From Candidatus Hadarchaeota archaeon (GTDB lineage: Archaea > CAYQAE01 > CAYVLA01), in the NCBI GenBank assembly GCA_964452145.1, contig CAYVLA010000010.1, positions 1 to 59,106 on the forward strand: 59,106 nucleotides of DNA. Direction: 5' to 3'. Shown piece by piece: positions 44,976-54,813 of the stretch (position 1 is the first letter of the stretch; the number at the start of each line of letters is the position of its first letter). Position numbers and translations under genes: made by a program. Under the pieces are notes generated by a model that saw nothing but the letters and a program-made list of their open reading frames with translations, did not search any database and was not told where the DNA came from.

Positions 44976-47528
44976 TCAGCCCATGATGCTCTCGCAGAGC
45001 TGCTGGGCCTGCTGGGCCGTTCTGGGCCTGTTGATGACCTCAGCAAGCTTTGAGAGGGCCTCAGCCAGTCTGGTTGCATCGTTGAGATACTCCAAGAGAT
45101 CTCCTGGGTAGGCCTCAATGCCGTAAAGCCTGTAGATCTCGGCGGATATGCCGTCCGGATCGCGTCCGGAGAGGCGCAGTTCGATGATCGTCTTGGAAAG
45201 CTGGAGCGGCGGGCACGAGCAGTGGGGCGAGCTCTTGCATCGGCACCGGAGCAGATCGACCGTGATCCGTCCGATCACCCCCTTGAACCATTCTCCGGAT
45301 ACCTTTCTCGGTCTGGACAGGAGATCCAGGACATCGGAGTCGAAGAACCTCACAGAGATATGTTTTCTGGAGGAACTCTCGATCTGCTTCTGGAGCCTCT
45401 CCGACAAGTAGGCTCGATCGAAGACGCTCGCGGACACGATCGCTTCGAGGGGGGACAAACCTCTTCTCGCGGCCTTGATCATGAGGCTCGACTGTTCAGG
45501 CGAAAGAAAGTACGAGGAGACGATCCGCCCCACCGGGGTTATGGCATAGAACCCCGACCTCCTGCTAACCATACCATCCCGGACAAGGGGCGTCACGACG
45601 GAGCGAATGTCTGAGGTGAAACCCAGGCTACGTCTTTGGATCGTGTCCAGCTCCTCGGGCCTCAGCATGCCGAAGGTGCTGATATCGGCGAGGACCTGTT
45701 CGTTCAGATCGTCGTGGGAGTAGACCGGTCGGACATCCTCTATCCTGCTGTTGAGCAGGTCCAGGGCCACCTCGTCCTCCGTCATCCGCTCAGCACGGCT
45801 GAAGGTCCGGCCGGGCTCCATCAAAATCACGGCTTTCCCCGAGTCATGGAAGCCCAACCTCCCTGCCCGGCCGAGCATCTGGTGAAACTCCGTCGGTGTG
45901 ATCCACTCCGTTCCCATGGCCAGTGTTTCGAAGATGACCTGGGAGGCGGGCAGATCCACTCCGGCGGCGAGGGCGGCCGTGGTGACAACGGCCGCGATCT
46001 CCTGCCGCATGAACTGGGTCTCTAGGGCACTCCTCCTCTCATAGGAGAGGCCCGAATGATAGGCCTTGGTCGGACATGACGGACTCGAGATCGCGGAGGC
46101 CAACTGATGGCACTTCCTGCGCGAGTTTGTGAAGATCAGCGTCTGGCCCCTATAGCCCTCCTTGGAGACGGTGCTGAACTCCCTTCTGATGAGCTTGATC
46201 ATGAGCCTGAGTTTCTGGGCAGGGGATGAGATCGAGATCAGATGTCGCTCCAGCGGAACCGGCCTTTCGTCGCAGAGGACCAGAGATGCACGGAGCCGGG
46301 ACGCAAGATCGGACGGGTTGCCCACTGTTGCGGACAGGTACAAGAACTGCGCTTGGGGCGAAATCACCTTCAGCTTCTTGATCAGCCCGTCCAGCCTGGC
46401 CCCTCGATCCTCGTCTGCCACGTTCTGGACCTCGTCGATTGCCACCGCTCCCAGGTCTCCGAGCCGTTTCGCATTTCCCGACCTGAGCACCTGCTCCATA
46501 CCCTCGTAGCTGCCCACTATGATGTCTGACTTCTCGATGTCGGTATTGAGTTCCATCTTGGGGCCCGTCCTGATCCTGCCGACCCCGACCCTGATTGCTG
46601 TGCGGAGGCCCAAGGAACGGTACTTGTGGTCAAACTCCGAGTATCTGAGATTGGCCAGCGCGACAAGGGGGACCAGATACAGGAACTTGCGGCCATCCAG
46701 GGCCCTGGGGATCCCGGCAATCTCGGCAATCAAGGTCTTTCCACTAGAGGTCGAGGAAACCACCAGAAGGTTCTCGCCTCTGACCAGTCCGGCCTTCACC
46801 GCCGAGACCTGCACCGGAAGGAGGGACTTCACACCCAGCTTCTCCAGCCTCCTCACGAACTTCTCCGAATGGTCCCGGTGATCGTAGAGGTGGATCAGTT
46901 CCGGTACATTCATGCTCTCGCGTTTTGAGGCCCTCGTTTCGATGACATCGTAGAGACTCCGGCTCCAATCCCGGTCCGGATCGTAGTCCGGAGAGATCGT
47001 CCTCCAAGCGAGATCGTAGTCGCCGGCGCTCTGCAGGATTCGCCCCAGATGTCGAACCATGCTGTCGGACGCCTTCCAACCCTTGGATTGGGCCTCCTTG
47101 ACGAACTGTGCCTTGGCGCAATCGATGCAGATGGACTCGATTCCGCACTTCACCGCTCGCTTCGGAAACCGAACAGATCCCCGCAGAAGGCAGAACCTGC
47201 AGGGCCTCGCCCAGATGGGCGACGAGCCCGAGAAGAGCACCTCCAGCCCGTCGCGTGCCTCAAGGGTTGGCGGATCCAGGGACAGTACTACCTGCTTTGC
47301 ATCAGCAACACGTCTCATGACATCCTTTGGCTGCATGTGCCAGTCTATGCCCTCTGCCGCGATCCTGCATCTGAAGGGCCTCATTCCGTCCGCCATGGTC
47401 AGAAACGCTTTTACAAGGACTCTCTCCTTTCGGAAGAAGAAGAGCACTAGCTCCTCCTTGCCAGGTGTCTTTCGTACCAGACAGCTGAACGCCCCCTTCA
47501 GATTCAGGGGGGTGGTCCCGGAACCCAT
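44976..47528 (-). CDS. Archaea-specific SF2 DEAD/DEAH helicase (COG1202, DUF5814 C-terminus)
   Basis: LLPVQ, TSSGKTLIAE, VPLVALAN, DEVQ, SAT, FTNSRR, YHSGL, QMLGRAGR; C-terminal C.C...P.C.C and YPGDLL. Confidence 0.92.
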   Translation of the reverse strand: MGSGTTPLNLKGAFSCLVRKTPGKEELVLFFFRKERVLVKAFLTMADGMRPFRCRIAAEGIDWHMQPKDVMRRVADAKQVVLSLDPPTLEARDGLEVLFSGSSPIWARPCRFCLLRGSVRFPKRAVKCGIESICIDCAKAQFVKEAQSKGWKASDSMVRHLGRILQSAGDYDLAWRTISPDYDPDRDWSRSLYDVIETRASKRESMNVPELIHLYDHRDHSEKFVRRLEKLGVKSLLPVQVSAVKAGLVRGENLLVVSSTSSGKTLIAEIAGIPRALDGRKFLYLVPLVALANLRYSEFDHKYRSLGLRTAIRVGVGRIRTGPKMELNTDIEKSDIIVGSYEGMEQVLRSGNAKRLGDLGAVAIDEVQNVADEDRGARLDGLIKKLKVISPQAQFLYLSATVGNPSDLASRLRASLVLCDERPVPLERHLISISSPAQKLRLMIKLIRREFSTVSKEGYRGQTLIFTNSRRKCHQLASAISSPSCPTKAYHSGLSYERRSALETQFMRQEIAAVVTTAALAAGVDLPASQVIFETLAMGTEWITPTEFHQMLGRAGRLGFHDSGKAVILMEPGRTFSRAERMTEDEVALDLLNSRIEDVRPVYSHDDLNEQVLADISTFGMLRPEELDTIQRRSLGFTSDIRSVVTPLVRDGMVSRRSGFYAITPVGRIVSSYFLSPEQSSLMIKAARRGLSPLEAIVSASVFDRAYLSERLQKQIESSSRKHISVRFFDSDVLDLLSRPRKVSGEWFKGVIGRITVDLLRCRCKSSPHCSCPPLQLSKTIIELRLSGRDPDGISAEIYRLYGIEAYPGDLLEYLNDATRLAEALSKLAEVINRPRTAQQAQQLCESIMG

Positions 47529-47719
47529 TGGATCGTTGTGCGTCGTGGGGCTGAAAAATGAAGTCAGTGTACTCTGTGTGAGCCGAATCCGGGTCCGCCC
47601 GCCAGACCGTTTCTATCGCTGCGGCAGCCATGTCGCATGACCATCCTCTGTCCAGGTCCCATGATCCTTCTGGAGCTAACATATATGTGGCCGATCATCT
47701 AGGCACGAGTCGATCGGCA

Positions 47720-48655
47720 ATGGCGGAGGGTCATGACCTCATCGTGGTGGGGACGGGGCCGGCGGGCCTGACAGCGGGACTGTACGGTTCCAGGCTTGGC
47801 CTCCGTACGGTTGTGGTTGGCGAAACCCTGGGAGGCATGGCTGGCGAGGCTTGGTTGGTCGAGAACTACCCTGGCGTCGAGAGCCTTCGCGGCATGGAGT
47901 TGGCGGAGAGGATGCTCAAACAGGCCCAGGCGGCCGGAGCCGAATTCAGATTACCTGAGCGCGTCGAGCGTCTGGACCTAGTGGGAGAAAGGAAGAGGGC
48001 AGTCGGCGGAAGCTTTGCGCTTGAGTCGGACGCCTTGATAATCGCCACGGGCTGCTGCCACAGGACCCTTGGAGTTCCGGGCGAGGCCGAATACAGGGGC
48101 AGAGGGGTGAGCTACTGTGCCGTCTGCGATGGAGTGTTCTTCAAGGGAAGGAAGGTGTTGGTGGTGGGGGGAGGAAACACCGCCGCCATGGAGGCTCTCT
48201 ATCTGAAGGAGGTAGCCGCGGGCGTGACCATTGTTCACAGGAGGAATGATATGAGGGCCGATGCGGCGCTCAAGGCCAGGGTCCTAGGCAGCGGAATTGA
48301 GGTTCTCTGGAACAAGCAGGTCATCGAGATTCAGGGCGAGAAGCTCGTCAAGGGAGTTGTGTTGAGGGATACTGTGAGCTGCGGAGACACGTATCTGCCG
48401 GTCGACGGCGTCTTCATCGCGATTGGCGAATCCCCTCAAAGCCAGATCGCCAAGGACGCCGGGGTGGCGACCACGGAGGAGGGCTTCATCCAGGTCGACC
48501 GGATGCAGAGGACGAATATCGACGGCGTGTATGCCGCTGGCGATGTCACGGGTGCCGTCCACCAGATCGGAGTGGCCGTGGGAGAGGCAATCACCGCCGC
48601 CATCAGCGCCTATCTTCACGTCACGGGGGGATGGTATGGCTCCGGAAAGAAGTAA
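47720..48655 (+). CDS. trxB: Thioredoxin reductase
   Basis: GTGPAG, VENYPG, GVSYCAVCDG, GGGNTA, HRR and AAGDVT motifs. Confidence 0.93.
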   Translation: MAEGHDLIVVGTGPAGLTAGLYGSRLGLRTVVVGETLGGMAGEAWLVENYPGVESLRGMELAERMLKQAQAAGAEFRLPERVERLDLVGERKRAVGGSFALESDALIIATGCCHRTLGVPGEAEYRGRGVSYCAVCDGVFFKGRKVLVVGGGNTAAMEALYLKEVAAGVTIVHRRNDMRADAALKARVLGSGIEVLWNKQVIEIQGEKLVKGVVLRDTVSCGDTYLPVDGVFIAIGESPQSQIAKDAGVATTEEGFIQVDRMQRTNIDGVYAAGDVTGAVHQIGVAVGEAITAAISAYLHVTGGWYGSGKK

Positions 48656-48796
48656 TGATGCCACATGATCCGCTAGGAAATCCATGACCGGCAGGGCAAT
48701 CCAGCGAAAAAGACATTTATCTTCGATATCCGAAGAGGGATCGGCAAGTAACTTCGTCCACACGCCCCTTGAGGGCCATGACTCAAAGATGATTTC

Positions 48797-49657
48797 TTGA
48801 TTGAGCTGACTGAAGCCGAGTGTAGATCACTTTCCTCAAGCATTCGCTGGATTGGTGACGTCCCCAAGGTTCGCAACTCCACCGGCCTGCCGACGGGCGT
48901 TCTAGTCGCGATCCACACCCAGGATCTCAGGCGCCACATAATCCGCAACTACTGGAAGGTAAAAGCCCTTGCGCCCAGGCTCGTGGGCCACTGGAGAAGG
49001 GGCGAACCCATCGATAGGATCGCCCGGAGCAGGAGCTTCTCACCCATAGTGATAGGGAGGATAATCGCCTCCGAGATCGGAGTGTCCAAAGCCGATTTCC
49101 GCAAGATGGTGGACGGAGGGGAGATTCAGCACGATACGCACCGGGAACACAGGCGGATGGCTACCGAGATATCCCGGGTGGTCAAAGCCGACTATATGGA
49201 CTCTCCTTGGTCCCTCAACATCTACAGGGAACTGGGCAAACAGGGCGAAAAGCTCATGACCGAATGGTTAGTCGAGAAAGGGTACCAGTTCAAGACCGAA
49301 GAGGATCAGAAGGGTGGAACCGGGATCCCCACGCCTGATTTCCTGTTCTCGTCACCCAAGAGGATCGACGGGCATCCCGGCATCTCCTGGATCGAGAGCA
49401 AGGCCTTCTTCGGCGATCTTCAGCACGTCAGGAGGCATCACAGGTACCAGGTGAGCAGATACGAGCAAGCATACGGCCACGGGATGATAGTCTACTGGTA
49501 CGGTGTCTCAAAGGAGGCCGAGCAGGACGGCCCGATGGAGGAGTTCCTTGATCCGAAGCTCTTTCAGGGACGACAGGGACTGCGAAGGCTGATGGAGGAG
49601 GTTCCATCCAAGCTGGTGGTCGGAGCGACGAGGGGGCCGGAGGCCCTATCGTCATAG
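48797..49657 (+). CDS. C15orf41/CDIN1-like (TPD domain) PD-(D/E)xK nuclease
   Basis: Helical N-terminus; D..SP, G..GE, TE..Q, TPDFL, WIESKAFFG and Q..RY...YG.G..VYWYG motifs. Confidence 0.85.
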   Translation: MIELTEAECRSLSSSIRWIGDVPKVRNSTGLPTGVLVAIHTQDLRRHIIRNYWKVKALAPRLVGHWRRGEPIDRIARSRSFSPIVIGRIIASEIGVSKADFRKMVDGGEIQHDTHREHRRMATEISRVVKADYMDSPWSLNIYRELGKQGEKLMTEWLVEKGYQFKTEEDQKGGTGIPTPDFLFSSPKRIDGHPGISWIESKAFFGDLQHVRRHHRYQVSRYEQAYGHGMIVYWYGVSKEAEQDGPMEEFLDPKLFQGRQGLRRLMEEVPSKLVVGATRGPEALSS

Positions 49658-49836
49658 CCCTCAAGTTCGGCCACGCGGCCGGATCTGGTCCGGTGGGAAG
49701 CCTCATTGGTATGCCGCGCCTTACTAGCTGCTCAAGCCGTCTCCTGCTGGCGGCTGGCTGCCTCGAGCTGGGCCCAGGATATGCAGAACGCTGAACCATA
49801 AGACTTATCGGTCACGCACGGGCTAAGCAGGCTCGT

Positions 49837-51507
49837 ATGAAGTTCCGAAAATCCAGTTCTGTTGAGCCGCACACGATCCTCTTTGCCACCATTCCCTTCG
49901 AGTACCTGGCCGACACCGCGGCGCAGTGGGCAGCGGCCGGGGTGCGAGGATTCATGCTCGGGGGCGTAATGAGTAACTGGGACAGCGATGTCTGGCTTGC
50001 CGAATCCGGCAGACTGGTCGGGGAGCGGAATCCCCTCTACGTGCGCCTGAAGAGGATGAACGAGGCATGTGTCAGGGAGGGCGTGGACCGCAACTTCATC
50101 AAAGTCGCCTTCTACACACATCTGCCCGACTGGTTCGATGATGGCGGATGGGCCCGGCTGTGCGAGAACTTCCGGCAGGCCGCCATCCTTGCGCGGGACG
50201 GGCTTTTCCGCGGCATCGCGATCGACATCGAGTACATCAGCGAGACGTACGACCTTGATTGGGAAGGGTACCGCAAGCCCGACTACCCGGCCTATGAACT
50301 GAGGGGCGAGGCCAAGGCTCGGGGGGCCGAGCTCGTCCGCTCCATGCTGGACGAGTACCCGTCCATGGAGCTGTTGCACCTACCGGAGGGCCCTGAGTGC
50401 TACGGACCCCTGGCCTCCGACCTCTTCGAGGGCATGGTTACCGAGATGCACAGGCGCAAGGCCCCCGGCGGGCTCCATCTCCTGACCGAATCATCGTACA
50501 CCAAGACGGATACGGAGTGGCTCATGCGCTATGCCCAGCAGCTGGACGAGATCGTTCAGCAGATTCTACCCGCATCGGTGTGGCCCTACTGGAGAGAGCG
50601 ATGCTCGATCGCCTTTGGTCTCTGGCCTCTTGGGTATTATCGGGAGATTTTCGACTCCGCCGGGAGCTTCCTCGGCTACGGCGGGAAGAAGGAGAAGTTC
50701 GGAGACCAGGTCGTCGGATCCTATGCAGACAAGAGCGAGAACTACTCAGTGGAGGAGTTCAGAAGACAGTTGGGAATCTCCAGGATGCTGTGCAGGAGAT
50801 ACGTCTGGGTGTATTGTCACGGTTCGACTCTGTGGCAGTTCGGAAAGGAAGAAATGGCACGCTACGGTGGACACCAAAGCGATGCGCTTCCAGTTGTGCC
50901 CAACCTGGACAGCTACTTGGAGGTTCTTTCAAGAGCGGAGATCCTTTCGGATCGCCGCATTCAAGGCATTGCCAGCAAGATTCGGAATGGGCTCCGGGTG
51001 GATTTTCTGACCGTTTCGGGTTCACCGAGATTCTGGCATGTCATCGGTCCATTCGACAATTCGGAGGGCAAGGGCTTCGGCACGGTCTATGCTCCCGAGC
51101 AGGGGATTGATCTCGGAGCTAGCTATGAATGGGAGGGCGGCAGGGCCGTCTGGCAGAGGGTCGGGGTTGGCAGCACGGGGTATGTGGATCTGCGGCGGCT
51201 GTTCCGTCCCTCGGATTATAGATGTGCCTATGCTCTGTGCCACGTCGCCCTTTCTCATGATACGAATGCGGTGATTCATCTGGGCAGCGACGATGGTGCA
51301 AAGGTGTGGGTGGAGGGCAGACTCGTCTTCGAACTCGACATCACCAGGGGGGCTGAGCCCGACCAGAACACAATAGATGCTGTGCTGAGGAAGGGTAGGG
51401 TGCCCATCCTGCTGAAAGTGGTAAACCGAAGGGGTTCCTGGGGCTTCTACTTCAGAGTCACGGACGAAGAGGGCAGGGCGCTGAGGGGGGCGTCATGGTC
51501 GCCCTAG
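49837..51507 (+). CDS. Hypothetical TIM-barrel-like protein with C-terminal PA14-like beta domain
   Basis: GIAIDIEY, AFGLWP, YVWVY; C-terminal W.VIGPFDN...GSDDG.KVW..G...L.KG...ILLKV...WGFYFR. Confidence 0.65.
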   Translation: MKFRKSSSVEPHTILFATIPFEYLADTAAQWAAAGVRGFMLGGVMSNWDSDVWLAESGRLVGERNPLYVRLKRMNEACVREGVDRNFIKVAFYTHLPDWFDDGGWARLCENFRQAAILARDGLFRGIAIDIEYISETYDLDWEGYRKPDYPAYELRGEAKARGAELVRSMLDEYPSMELLHLPEGPECYGPLASDLFEGMVTEMHRRKAPGGLHLLTESSYTKTDTEWLMRYAQQLDEIVQQILPASVWPYWRERCSIAFGLWPLGYYREIFDSAGSFLGYGGKKEKFGDQVVGSYADKSENYSVEEFRRQLGISRMLCRRYVWVYCHGSTLWQFGKEEMARYGGHQSDALPVVPNLDSYLEVLSRAEILSDRRIQGIASKIRNGLRVDFLTVSGSPRFWHVIGPFDNSEGKGFGTVYAPEQGIDLGASYEWEGGRAVWQRVGVGSTGYVDLRRLFRPSDYRCAYALCHVALSHDTNAVIHLGSDDGAKVWVEGRLVFELDITRGAEPDQNTIDAVLRKGRVPILLKVVNRRGSWGFYFRVTDEEGRALRGASWSP

Positions 51508-51517
51508 CTCGGGCGCG

Positions 51518-52066
51518 TCAAAGGGTATCCATCTGGGCGATGTTGGCGCAATCATCGCACACATAGCGGCCATTCACAACACGGAGGTGGGTATTGTGCT
51601 GGCCACAGATCTCGCAGATGGCCGGGCCATACGGGTAGTCCTCCTCGTCGTATTTTTCATCCTCCAGCGGCTCGTAGGAGCTGTACCCTCTCTCCTTGGC
51701 GTTGGAGAGGTCCGCCTTCGAGACTATCCCGATCAGCTCGGTCCCCTCCACAACCGGGAGGCGGCTGACGTCGAACTGTATCATCTTGTCCAGAGCTTCG
51801 GACATCGTCTCCTCAGGTCCGATCGTAACCAGAGGAGAGGACATTATATCCTCGGCGTGCACCTTGGATGGTTTGCGGTCCTCGGCCACGAGCTGCTCGA
51901 GAACGTCCTTCTCGGTGACCATCCCTATGGGCTTGGTCCCGTCGATGACGATGACCGCGGGGATGTTCCACTGGGTCATCAGGCGGGCTACCTTGTCCAT
52001 GGTCTCGCTGCGGTTCACCGTAAGCAAGTCGCTCTTCATAGCGTCCCTGACCGGGATCTCGGACAC
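51518..52066 (-). CDS. CBS-pair protein with C-terminal Zn ribbon
   Basis: Two CBS repeats, acidic linker, CEICG...VCDDC. Confidence 0.88.
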   Translation of the reverse strand: MSEIPVRDAMKSDLLTVNRSETMDKVARLMTQWNIPAVIVIDGTKPIGMVTEKDVLEQLVAEDRKPSKVHAEDIMSSPLVTIGPEETMSEALDKMIQFDVSRLPVVEGTELIGIVSKADLSNAKERGYSSYEPLEDEKYDEEDYPYGPAICEICGQHNTHLRVVNGRYVCDDCANIAQMDTL

Positions 52067-52174
52067 GGCGATGCACCACCTTCAGGCCCTGACTTCGGGC
52101 CCCGTTTTTTTGCGGGTCATTCCGCTAATAAAAGTGTCCTTCTGGGCGTCGGTTCCCCGCGTTCCGGTGGCCTG

Positions 52175-54106
52175 CTATTGGTTTTGAATGGCGGCCAAGG
52201 ACGACCGTCCGGGAGGAAGGATCTGGATGATCTGATCCAGATCGATCCTCATGTGCTTGGGTCCGAGGCGTTTGGCGACCTGCTTTGCGATATCACTCTT
52301 CTTTCCGTCTCCAGGGGTAATCTCAAGGGCGGGGCTGCATCGACGTTGAACGGCCTGCAGAGGCCCGCACATGAATCGATCTCCGAACCATCCGATCCCG
52401 CACCTAACCTGAAGCCCCCTTAGGTAGTTGCGCTGGCCTCGCACCAGGAAGGCCCCCCTGGCAACGTACTCGCCCGGCGTCGGCCTCTTGCTCACCTGGT
52501 CGGATCTGACCCAGTACACATCGCCGACGGTCACCCCTGACCTCCAAAGACTTGAATGCATCAGTGCGAATGCACAGGCTTCCTTGAGCGTCTCCGGCCC
52601 GGCCCCGGTGTCTCGCCCAACCTTTACGATGGTGGAGGGGGCTCCATGGACGTCGGCGTGGACGTAGAAGTCCGGCTCCTCCAGATGCCTGCGCACCAGC
52701 ATCTCGTTCGACCGCATGTCCCGCCCCGCCAGGACCAGGTTTCCCTCGGAGCTGAAGAACCACCTGTACTTCTCATACCAATCCGGCCTCCTTGGGGCCT
52801 CCATTTCCCGGGGCCGTTCTGCCGTCGGAGCCTGGGCATGTGCCATCTCGATCAGCCTTTGGGTCTTAGCCATGGCAATCCTGTCTCCCTCCGCACGCTT
52901 CTCAAGCGCCTTTGCCGTCGCGTAGTGTTCCCCCGCATTCTCGCCCAGGGTCTTCCTGACGCTGAGTAGCACCCGACCTCCCGCAAGATTCACGGTCAGG
53001 GTTTTCGTCGCCGGATCATATTTCTCAACGCCGCCCGCCATTCCGGCCTCCGCGAGGATCGTGTCGCCGAGCCGGGAAGCGTGGTCGGGTTTGGGGCCGA
53101 TGGCATTCAGGATCTTCTCAAGCAGGGAGAAGTTCGCATAGATCGCGTTCCCCATTTCCCTGTGGCTCTGCGACTCGGAGAGCAGGCGGGTGAGTTGGGA
53201 TCTCTGGATCTCCAGTCGCTCCTCCAAGCGCTTCAGCTCTGCGTCCGTGACTGAGGATGTCTGCTCCCGGAGCTCCATCATCTCTCCGTGTACGTAGTAC
53301 CGGTCGGCGGCCTGGTTGAAACTGTCAGCCAGGGTCTTCGGAGCTTCCTTCATCGACTCGAGCTCGAACGGAGCGAACTCGGTGGGCTGGTCCTCTCCGT
53401 AGATGAATCCCCTGGGTCTCGAGGTGGCCTTGTTCATCCACTCGATCCAGTCGATGATCGTCCTGGCTTCTTCATCGCCGAGTCGGGCGGGATCCAGGTT
53501 GGGGTCCAGATGGGCGGATGCGCAGAGCTCGTTTGCATAGAGTCTGCCCAAACCCAGGTCCATGGCGAGGGACCTGACCAAGTCCTTCCTTTGAAGGGTT
53601 GATCGCAGGGTTTGCGGATCCTTGATCTGGAAAGGGCAGGGCGGAGGTTGGGGGAATGCGTATTCGGTGCCACGGGACACCCTTCCCTCCGGTGCCCTTC
53701 TCATCGAGAGCATCACCTTGGAGTCGGGGTCCAACAATACGAGATTGCCCCGAGCGAACAGCTCAACGACCAGACGACGCTCACCGAAACCGAGAACTAC
53801 GATCCTGTCGAAGTCGTGCTGCCAGGCGGATGAGAGCGGCCTATTCGCAAGCTGCTTCCTAAGATACATCGCGAAACTGGTGGGCGTCTTGGGTGCCTTT
53901 CTCCTTTGCTCGGTTAGATGGATTCTCCTACCCACCTCCAGCAGTATCTCGGCCCTGCCCGAGGGTCCCCCGTAGAGCCTGATCCTAAGCAGACTGGGCC
54001 CATCCTGGTAGACCGTGTCCACCCTCGAGCCGATGACGGATTGAAGCTCCGCGACGATACATTTTATATCCGCTGCGTGCATCTGCCTCAATTCAATCAT
54101 CTCCAA
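52175..54106 (-). CDS. rqcH: Ribosome rescue/quality-control factor RqcH (NEMF/NFACT family); exact start uncertain (54091-54106)
   Basis: FAMYLRK.L, Q.DFDRI, ELF..GN..L, coiled coils, WYEKYRWF.SS, GRD..SNE..V and HADVHGAP motifs. Confidence 0.93.
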   Translation of the reverse strand: MEMIELRQMHAADIKCIVAELQSVIGSRVDTVYQDGPSLLRIRLYGGPSGRAEILLEVGRRIHLTEQRRKAPKTPTSFAMYLRKQLANRPLSSAWQHDFDRIVVLGFGERRLVVELFARGNLVLLDPDSKVMLSMRRAPEGRVSRGTEYAFPQPPPCPFQIKDPQTLRSTLQRKDLVRSLAMDLGLGRLYANELCASAHLDPNLDPARLGDEEARTIIDWIEWMNKATSRPRGFIYGEDQPTEFAPFELESMKEAPKTLADSFNQAADRYYVHGEMMELREQTSSVTDAELKRLEERLEIQRSQLTRLLSESQSHREMGNAIYANFSLLEKILNAIGPKPDHASRLGDTILAEAGMAGGVEKYDPATKTLTVNLAGGRVLLSVRKTLGENAGEHYATAKALEKRAEGDRIAMAKTQRLIEMAHAQAPTAERPREMEAPRRPDWYEKYRWFFSSEGNLVLAGRDMRSNEMLVRRHLEEPDFYVHADVHGAPSTIVKVGRDTGAGPETLKEACAFALMHSSLWRSGVTVGDVYWVRSDQVSKRPTPGEYVARGAFLVRGQRNYLRGLQVRCGIGWFGDRFMCGPLQAVQRRCSPALEITPGDGKKSDIAKQVAKRLGPKHMRIDLDQIIQILPPGRSSLAAIQNQ

Positions 54107-54118
54107 GGGGTTCTATCG

Positions 54119-54430
54119 ATGAATGTCGAGGTGAAGAAATACCTAGCGTTTGTCCTCGTGGGCTTTGTCGCTGCCCTCGTCTCAACCGCCATCGATAGTT
54201 CCCTGGCGGAGGGACGGGGCGAGCCGAAGACCGAGCTGGTGATCCTTCTCATATTGATCTCCGTTTTCGTAGTCGGTTATGCCGGAACCTACGTCGCCGA
54301 GTACCTGGGCGCTAACGTGGTGGAGATGGGCGGAAGATGGAAGATATACGTCAAGTCGCTCTACATCTACCTGATAACATGGTTCGTTGTCTACACACTG
54401 CTTTACAATGCCTTCATCTTCCCGGGCTAG
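54119..54430 (+). CDS. EMC6-like three-TM membrane protein
   Basis: 103 aa, three hydrophobic helices, ending Y..TWFVVYTLLYN, which resembles the EMC6 C-terminal signature. Confidence 0.6.
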   Translation: MNVEVKKYLAFVLVGFVAALVSTAIDSSLAEGRGEPKTELVILLILISVFVVGYAGTYVAEYLGANVVEMGGRWKIYVKSLYIYLITWFVVYTLLYNAFIFPG

Positions 54431-54474
54431 CCTCGGCCAGGCGAATTCGCAGATCGGGCGGACGCCGTGTCGAT

Positions 54475-54768
54475 CTACCCTCCCCCTGTGGGGGGGAAGA
54501 TGCTGATCTCACTTCCATCCTCCAGCTTGGAGTTCATTCCGCTAAGGAATCTGACGTTTCGACCGTTGAGCAGGATGTTCACGGCGGGTTGTGTCCCCCG
54601 TGATCCCTCCAAGATGTCATCCGAAATGCCCCTCTTGGAGCAGACCGATTCCAGAACGTCGCCAACGGTCGAAGGGTCATCGGTCTCGACGATCTCGGAC
54701 TTGATGCCGGCCTTCAAGCGCAGATGGCCGAAGTACGAGACCTTGATCCTCACGGGGGAGGGTTTCAT
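54475..54768 (-). CDS. Ubiquitin-like SAMP/MoaD sulfur carrier
   Basis: IKVSYFG.LR, ILLNGRNV and L.DG.EISIFPP.GGG C-terminal diglycine. Confidence 0.92.
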   Translation of the reverse strand: MKPSPVRIKVSYFGHLRLKAGIKSEIVETDDPSTVGDVLESVCSKRGISDDILEGSRGTQPAVNILLNGRNVRFLSGMNSKLEDGSEISIFPPTGGG

Positions 54769-54813
54769 TGGCGCCCTAATAGATATTTCAGTCACAGACC
54801 CGAAATGCGAAGG

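Noticed and set aside
52097..52116. Intrinsic terminator (GGGCCCCG-T7)
   Set aside because: The T-run is on the plus strand, about 600 nt from the nearest plus-strand stop; it lies in the leader of the minus-strand CBS gene.
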